The translations under genes and the position numbers were made by a program. A stretch of 56,662 nt of DNA, counting the filler, from Dugesia japonica (lineage: Eukaryota), in assembly GCA_001938525.1 (NCBI GenBank). It is 4 parts of 4 records of this genome, joined end to end, with 100 filler letters (N's around TTAATTAATTAA, not from the genome) between each part and the next. Parts side by side here need not be neighbours in the genome. Positions count along the whole stretch, not along the records: positions 38,115 to 56,662 come from MQRL01608046.1; 3 more parts are not named here. One strand, given 5' to 3'. This document shows positions 48,346 to 56,662 of the stretch, piece by piece (position 1 is the first letter of the stretch; each line of letters begins with the position of its first letter). A model generated the notes under the pieces. It was given only the letters and a program-made list of their open reading frames with translations. It had not been told where the DNA came from and ran no database searches.

Positions 48346-51300
48346 ATGCAGAAGTTGAGAAAGTGTACGAGTATATGAGAAACAAATATATTGCAAAGAA
48401 TTTGTGAATCCAAATACAGAAGATAGTTGATAGTTGTGAAATTTGTTAGAAGACCAAAGTAGTGTTAAGTAGTAGTAAAGAGAAGACAAAGAAATAAGAA
48501 GCTACTAATTTGTTTGAAGTTATAATTACAGATATATGTGGGCCAATCCGAGAAACAAGAGGACAGAAAAATATATTCTTGGAATAATAGACCAGTAAAG
48601 TAAATATCTAGTTCTTATAGCAAGGCTAAAAAACATCATCCCCTTTGTTGTCGTTTTCTCTCTCAGAATTATTGTCATTATTCTCTACATAATTAAGAAT
48701 TCGGTAGTTTAGGTTAATTAGGTCCATCGTCATCGTCTGTTTTATCGTGTCTATTTATTGTAGGTTTAACAGTTTCAACAACATCAGATATTGTATTTGG
48801 TTGGCTATCTCCAACGACTAAGATTTCTCCATGTTCAATTTCTTTAATGAGATTAAACCTCCCAAATTTTCCTGGTGTATCAATTTGTATTAATTCAATC
48901 ACTTTCAATTGAGATGGCCTCACTCTAGCAGCATTTGTCAAAATTGAAAAATCTAACTCTGTTTTGTCTTTTTCGGTTAATGTGATTGGAGTATCTACAA
49001 CCATTTATTCAGATAATGTAATTTTAACTTTTTCTGTTTCTGTTTTCTTTTGTTGTTTACCAAATACACTAAAAACTACAGTTTCAACTTTCCCCTCTTT
49101 TTCTCCTTTTCAGTTTGAATTAGTTCTGGATAAGCAAATGTTGATGGTTTTTGGATTTTATTTCTAATTTTGGCATCATCAATTCTTTCTTAAGAACAAT
49201 AACAGAAGTGACTGTGAATGCTAAACTAATAAAATTGGCCAAAAGATACCAAAACCAATAGTTTTGGAAGATTAATAAACTTCTGCTTATTCAACTGTAT
49301 AAACNNNNNNNNNNNNNNNNNNNNNNNNNNNNNNNNNNNNNNNNNNNNNNNNNNNNNNNNNNNNNNNNNNNNNNNNNNNNNNNNNNNNNNNNNNNNNNNN
49401 NNNNNNNNNTCGATGATCTCGGCTTGCTCATCGGCTCCAAAAATGTATCTTCTTCAGCCATCAAATATGGCCATAAACCGATTTCTTTTTGTCTCTTCGC
49501 ATCTCTTCTTCAATGAAAGTCACTCTTTATGTTAGTTGAACTCGGAAATTTGGATGGTGGGGTAAGTAATAGAGCTTGTTTGCCTGCATTCTTTCTATTT
49601 AACAGCGGAGGCTGGTAAATTTCTATTGAATGTACATCTGGCAAGGGCTCACCACACTTTTCTTCAATTTTTGATTTCCTATTAACAATTGCCTAATCAT
49701 ATTTTGAAAGTTCCGCATGATTGCTTCGTCATCGTCTCGTTTGTCTTTGAATTTCTGTATTTCACTTTCCAATTATCTTTGCTTTCAGCTAACTCTTTGA
49801 CCTGCTCAAAGTTCATTTGATGGCTCACTAGCCTCACTCAATTACTTTCTTTTAGGGCCTTCTCTAACACTCACACTTTTCCTTTGTTCCACTTTATCTC
49901 GGTCAACATCTCATTAACTTCTTTCCTATGCGTTCTGTTTTTACTCGCACTTTATCTGCATCTCTATCAACTTTTGGGACTGCTCTGCACTTCTCTTTCT
50001 CCAATAAATCAATTTTTCATTTACATTTACTCATCTTTCCCGCTTTTTTTTCTCTTTTACCAGCAGTTCTTTATTTTCAACCTCTAACAAGTCTATTTAA
50101 TGATTCATACGTCTTATTGTGCCTTTCTTGTTTATTAGAAAATTTTCCAACTTCTCTACTTCTCGTCTATTATATGCTAATTCTGAATTCTGATTTTCAT
50201 TTCGTCTCTTATTTAATGGACTTTTGGTGAACATTTCTAGAATTAAGAATAATTTAATAATAGTAAAATAATAATAGTGTAAACTGTTTTAACAGAGACG
50301 CGGGCGTGTTGGTCGATCGTTCTAAAATGCCCGCAGTAAAAGCCCGGATAGAGCGAATACGCGATATTGGGGAACGTCGAAGTAATCGTTTACGGCATGC
50401 CCCTCCACAGAAGTTAGCAACCCGATTTACGTATGGGTCACCACCAGTTCCGCTCGAGGTAAGGGCAGATGTAAATAACCTAATATAAAACTTCCGAAAT
50501 CTTACCAATTCGTAAAATGTGGAGAATATTGACCCTGTGCCTATCCACGCGAATATTGAATCCTCCGACATTAAAGAAAATCAGTGACCATTAATTAGTG
50601 TTTCATTCTTTTTGGTGTTTTTATTAATAAAATAAGTGTATCTGGATTTGAGTCTTAAAACACTCTTACTGTTTATATTTTGTCTCCCCTTTTTGTTTTT
50701 GATCTAAGAATGGAGTATATACCAAACCAGTTACTCCTGATTTTGCATTTGTTGCCATCTAATTAATTTTTCTAAAATCAAAATTAATTAGTAATTAATT
50801 CTAGTGCATTCCTCACTCTACCGTTCAGTCGCGCCCACGAAAAATGTCCGAGAAGATAGTGAGAACATAGATATGTCCTGGAACCTTTATAAGTTTGCAA
50901 AACGGAACTGGTAGGTCAAAACAGTCGCCGCAAACCCCAAGGTAAAGCGTTATCCAAACAAATTCCGTAGTTACCGAATAGAAGGGGATGCCTCCCATGC
51001 TCAAGAGCGTATTTGGAAACGCCAGGTTGAGTCATTTGCAGATATTATTCGGTCCCTCCATGACCGTGAGAATAAACTGGTATCTGATCTGCTGGAAATA
51101 CGGAAGCATGTTCCCCTGGAGGCTTTAATGGTGGATAAATCTCCCCAAACTCGAAATTAAATATTTTAATGTTTTGCTTTAAATACATCTTACTATAAAT
51201 ACTTCGATATCTTGATTGTTTCATCTTGTTATGTAAATTCCTCATCTCTTTAATTTTAGTGCCACGAATTCAACTACCAACACGTCTCCGCCGATGTAAT

Positions 51301-54300
51301 CATCTCATCCAAAAGCTCCTTCTTGAGAGACATATTAAGCGTCAAAACGAGCGCGCTCTTCTCCGGCATCTCATCCAAAGAAATAGGCTAATTAAGAAAC
51401 TAGATATCATAATCAAAAAACAAGGCGAGTTGGCGGAACGAACCAAGCAGATTTTGGAGAATAAAATAAATTTTTTAAATAGATACATCACAGATTTGTT
51501 CACCAAATTAAAACTAGGCTTGTGGACTAGGTGGAATAGTGATGATGATGAGGCCGCCTTCAACTTTATGAATGGCGCTAAATTACATGTAGATTAACTG
51601 GGAAAATACCTTTCTTATAATTTTGTTGTTGGAATTTGTTTTTATCTTATAAATTGAAATGTGGGGAATTTTTGAACCAAAATATAAAGATGTGCAAGTG
51701 TGTACTCCAAATAAGCGTTAGGAGTCAACCACTTCACATTGAAAACCTAATAAGGGGCATTAGGTAAATTCTTAAACGGTTCTCCTGAGGGCTGATTTTT
51801 CCCCCGTCTATTTTTCTCTACAACTAACTCAGGTGGAACCCCAACAGTATATATTCATCAATTCAATTTTATTGCTAATACAAAAGTGATCCATTTTTAT
51901 TATTCCATACCTTTAAGTACTAATCAATGTTATAATTAATTAAAATTTCTAACTCTATCCATTTAAATCATTATTCACAAAACTCTCATGCTACTGCATT
52001 TTAGAAATCATCCCTACCAGACTCTCTTTCCGGTCCAAACACCAACTCACATGCATGCAAATATCTATTATCTAGATTCAGTAATTCCTGCCAAAATTTT
52101 AATCCTTTAAATTTTCCGACTTTGACTTTCAACGCTACCATAAGCTCATTACTACGCTAGCTGCTGTTATTGTTCTAATTACTATACCGATAATCCTCGC
52201 TGACCAGTTCCACTCATTTTTCGTCATGTTTGCAGTTGTTGTCATCTCGTGTTTCAACTCCTAATTCGCTGGAATTTCCCTCTTTGAACTGATTCTTGCC
52301 AATTTCTCTAACCACTTATTCACACATTCCTCTTGTTTCTCGTTTAACACATTCAGTTTTTCTTCTTTAGATTTAACGGTCATCTGTATTTCTGTTTTGT
52401 TCTTGTTATTATTCCATTTTTGTTTGCTTGTTGTTTCCGAGATATTTATGATAATTCTCTTTTTCATAATTGTTTTTGTAACGATTTTTAATTTCCTTGT
52501 AATTATTTTCAATCCATTAGTAACTTTATTAGTTTTCCTTGACGATGATCTCTTTTTATTCCGTAGTAATACATGTTCAATTTCTATTCATGGTTCTGTT
52601 AATCAAAATAATCTTCTCGTTATTGCGACAGGTAACTTCAACCATCATCCAGCTTACTGTTCTTTTTTCTGCTGCCCCATCTTCGAAATCTGGGTCTTGT
52701 GATACAAATATTTCTCGTACAATATCTGCTTCTATTTTGAACTGAATAAATGGATACCTAAAAAATTCATCTCTTCCTTCTCTGGGGAAAACTATTCGAA
52801 TCCCACAGTAAACCTTTTCTTCTAATCGAATTATTTCCTGTTTATGCTAGTTTTTTAATCCATCTCTTCTCCATATTAGTCCTGTTAACCCAGCAAAATC
52901 TATTTTCCAATGTGCTGATATATAAATTGCTTGATGTGATAGACAATTTTCGCTATCGTCTCTCAATGTTGGTAGTTTTAATTCTCGTATAACGTACAAA
53001 ATTTGGATAAATTTATAATGATAGGTGCTGAAAGCTCTACTTTCTTTATATTTCTTTGACTTCGTATTGTTGTTTGTTGTCATTAATTAGTGATCATTCT
53101 AATTGTCCGTAAATAACTGTGTTTCCAAACATTCGTTTTCGTCATACTAACTCCCGTATTCGGCCAAAACATTGCAATTATGGTTATTATACACTAGATA
53201 AACATCACCAATGTGGTTGTAAACAGTTTGATTTCATTTGCTTTCTCGCTAATTTCTTTACATTTTTGCATTTCTTTTCCGAATAACCTTTGTGAATATT
53301 TTGAATTAATCTGCTTGCGTTCATCTTCTTCATCTTTGTCTTGTACTGGTAATTCTAGTAGTGGACAACTTTTTGTTTTCTCTTCTTCTTTATGTTTTTG
53401 TGGTTCTAAGTATTCTTGTTTATCTTTTGATATTCTTGATTTTGATCGAGATTCTCTTTTCTTTTCTTGTTTAAACGATTCTTGTCGTAATTTCTGTTTT
53501 CTCTTTTGTTCTGTTGATCCCTATCGAAATTTTAGTTTTTCTTCTTGTTTTATCGATTTTTGTCGAGATCTCCGTTCTTGTTGCTTTTCCTGCTTGGCAC
53601 CACTTTTTTGAGTCCAATCATTGAGAATCTTCTCTAGACCTTTTATATTCTCCTCTATAAGGAGTGGCTTATAATTTTCAATTTCTTCCATTAGTACTAA
53701 TAATGCTGCATCGCATTGTATAATTATTTCCTTCACATATCTTAGTTTATCAAATGTACCTTTTCTTGACGAATCTATTGTTTTAGGTTGCTGTCATTTC
53801 TTCTCTTCAGCCAATATCTTGATTTTTGTTTGAAATTTTTCTGTTGCTTGATGTGGTTTTTCTTGTCTTTAATTTTCCAGATATTGTTGCCAACCTTCTA
53901 CTTTTATTTTCTTCATCTCTCTAATCTAATTCACTAACATGTGGCGGTCTTCCAAATTCTTCACAGTATTCCAGTAAACCATTACTAATTTCCTCCATAA
54001 ATCCATATCGCTGTCTTTTTCGTCTTGCCATGTATCATTTTTATATCTATTCTTCCTTTCCTTTCTTTTCTTTCTTTTTCTTGTAGGGCCATAAAATTGC
54101 TTATTTCGTCAATTTTCTGTAAAGCATTTTATAGTGGTATTTCTTCATTTTTATTTTTCTTAGATTCATTTTGCTTGGTTTGACTTTTATTGTTCATGGT
54201 ATTTTTTTCTCCTTTGTCTTGCTCTTTTAAGCGGGCTCCTTTTGCTTTTTTCACATCAAGCTCCTTTGATCTTTTATTTTACCGAATATCTGATAATTTA

Positions 54301-55032
54301 TATGAATATCTATGAAAAATGAATATCTATCAAATTTGCCTCTTGCATTTTTTTGGTCAGAATCCGGATAGTTCTTTATATGTTCCTCTGCTTTCCGCAT
54401 TAATTCCAGTCATCCCTCTATATTTTCTAACGATTTTAATTATTCTTCTTGATTGCGTTTTTCTTGATTTTTGAGATGATCTTTCCACATTTGTTTCAGC
54501 TACTGTTTTGTTTCTTCTGTAAGTCTCAGATAAACGTTACTTCCTTTTCATAAAACTGCCATTTATTTTGTATTTCCTGAAGTAATCTTCCGAGATTTAA
54601 TTTATTATACCCTGTCCATTCTTTAAAGTCATGTACTAATTGTAGCAGTACTTCTTGATTTTGATTGTTTTGATTTTCTATTCGACTTTGCTTCTTTTTC
54701 TCACTTCTTCCAGATAAATCGACGTTCTTAGCGATTTTTCTCTGTTTCTTCTTCTTGGCTTTCCTCAGAATTTACCAACCCTCTGCTGACTCTTCATCTA
54801 TTTGTGTAACTTCTTTATTTTCTATTTCTTGCATTTTTTCTTTAATGTCTTTATTTCCTACTTTATAAATTCCATTTTTGGTTTCTTCATCAGCCTTCAA
54901 TTTTATTAGTGAAGTATTAAATTCAGAAAATAAATAATTAATCATATTAAATATTTAATTAATTTTGTTTATATCATTTATTTTATTGAAATACATACTT
55001 TTCAAATTGTCTGAATTCTTCTCATTCAAATT

Positions 55033-56662
55033 ATGTCATTCGATTTTGACTACAATGGTGTCAGAAGCAAAGAAGAAAATCACGTTCAGGTGAAAATACC
55101 AAATTATTTCCCGAATTCGATCAATTCGTTCACACAAATAGATGCAGCATTCGAACTTTCCAAAATTCACAATTCAAAAACAAAGTATTTTCATCTGCTC
55201 ACCAGTTTGCCTCCAGATATTTTGGAAATCGTGTCCTATGATTTGAATCCACATTCCAATGTTCCTTATAAAAATCTAAAGCAAACCATATTAACGAAAA
55301 TATCAATGTCAATGACTCAGGCAATCAATCGGCTTACAAATTTAAAAATGGAATTATATAAGCGTCCATCTCAAACTTTATTGGAGCTTATACAATGCTT
55401 CAAAATTATGCAACTTGGTGAAAGTCCAGAAACGTCAAACCTTCTCAGACACAGATTTATGGAGTCAGTGTCAATCAATATTCGACATCATTTGGTACAA
55501 TACCAAACGAAAACTCTGGATGAATAAGCTAGCCGACTATCATTTTGAAATAGAGTCACATTCTCTCAACTCTATTATCAAGAACCATGAAGAAGAGAAT
55601 TCAACTCAAGAAGATCTCAATTCCATTAAAGCAAGAAGGAATCAAAATAATGATAACAATTTCAGAGAACTTTGTTTTTATCATAAAAAATTTGGAAAAA
55701 ATGTTATTAAATATGTCAACAACCATGCTTTTGGTCCACCAAACATTTTCCAGGAAAAGCTAACGGATCTCAGTAGAGCCAACAACTGAGATTCAAATCA
55801 AAACAAAGTTGTCACAATCTATAAACGCAATCTTCACAGTTCCAGTTTTGTCAGAGAAGCTAAAATATGAATTTTTAGTGGGCTCAGGTGCTGACATTAG
55901 CATTGTTCCTATACAGTTTTTCCAGCCAGATAATACGAAAATCAGACATTCTTTAATTACGGTGAACAATGGAGAAATCAAAGTTTTTGGTGAGAAAAAA
56001 TTAACATAATTTATTCCAAGCATTCCAGGAAAATTAACATGGCTATTCACGGCTGCTGATGTACGCCGACCAATCTTAGGATCCGATTTCTTGTCAAATG
56101 TTATATTATTGGTAGATTGTCACAACAATTACATTCTTAGGACACATAAAAACATTATCTGCACTGAAAATCAAACTTGTCTAAGAATAGAAACTTCCGG
56201 AGCACCAGTAAAACAAAGAGTACGCAGATTAGGAGGAATTGTTCTCAGTCAAATAAAAGAAAGAGTTTGATGACATGCTCACAGACGATATTATTCAACC
56301 AAGTAACAGCGAATTGGCTTCACCACTTGTAACTATCAAAAAGAAAGATGGAACGTTTCATCCATGTGGTGACTATCTCATGCTTAATGCAATTACAAAA
56401 CCAGACCGATACCCATTACCCAGAATGAGCAAATTTTGGACAGAGTTACAGGTTGCTTATTTTTTCTACTTTAGATCTTAAGAAAGCGTATCATCAAATC
56501 CCAATCAATAAGAAGGATCGACATAAAACGCTATTATAACTCCATTTGGATTATATGAATACAAAAGTATGCCATTTGTACTGAAAAATGCTTCACAAAC
56601 ATTCCAACGAAACATGGACAAATGTTTGCAAGACTGTTGCGCATTTACTTCAGTATATATTG
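55033..56662 (+). mobile_element. Decayed Ty3/Gypsy: gag, protease, RT (runs off the window)
   Basis: KIPNYFP..TKYFHLLTSLPP..PYKNLK; LCFYHKKFG; FLVGSGADIS; ASPLV..KKDG..CGDY..LNAITKPDRYPLP; LDLKKAYHQIP; [21 protein letters not shown]. Confidence 0.93.

Larger units (their letters stand above)
43645..48630 (+). mobile_element. Decayed Ty3/Gypsy (host element): gag, RT end/RNase H, integrase start; interrupted by a nested Gypsy
   Basis: FCRGSDIEKFVKRCEFYF; ECWLCHKIG; SKIEAI..CNYYRKFIENYA; FILDTD; YCITRKELLAV; LRTDHKAL; ADMLSR; after 48346 CEIC..DICGP..YILGIID. Confidence 0.9.

Noticed and set aside
53213-53611. Plus-strand Cys/Ser/Phe-rich ORF, and similar antisense ORFs at 733, 2304, 2641, 46405, 52397 and 55793
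   Set aside because: Shadow frames of coding sequence on the opposite strand.

Overview
Very AT-rich animal (metazoan) draft-genome sequence, not prokaryotic, and with no CRISPR. It is probably at least four contigs joined by an artificial N44-TTAATTAATTAA-N44 linker (12186-12285, 21636-21735, 38015-38114), so adjacency across those points is not reliable. Contig 1 holds the decayed right part of a Polinton/Maverick (adintovirus-like) endogenous virus: packaging ATPase, integrase tail with chromodomain, penton with a duplicated insert, small virion protein, hexon, adenain protease, DEDD-like ORF and a candidate terminus. After it come a decayed intronless TBP-like gene, a ~3.7 kb fold-back structure interrupted by a full-length mariner, and unidentified decayed ORFs. 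Contig 2 has DNA-transposon debris and an intact zinc-finger ORF resembling the N-terminus of a Polinton-type polymerase. Contig 3 holds three exons of a host par-3 gene (PDZ3, aPKC-binding CR3, C-terminal motif). Its introns carry Helitrons, a hAT MITE, a Penelope GIY-YIG remnant and several minimal hammerhead-ribozyme repeats. Contig 4 has pogo/hAT/mariner debris, two nested internally deleted Ty3/Gypsy elements (one with a 28S rRNA fragment at its deletion junction), ~6 kb of unexplained ORF modules, and the start of a third Gypsy. All protein calls come from manual translation and motif recognition; no searches were run.
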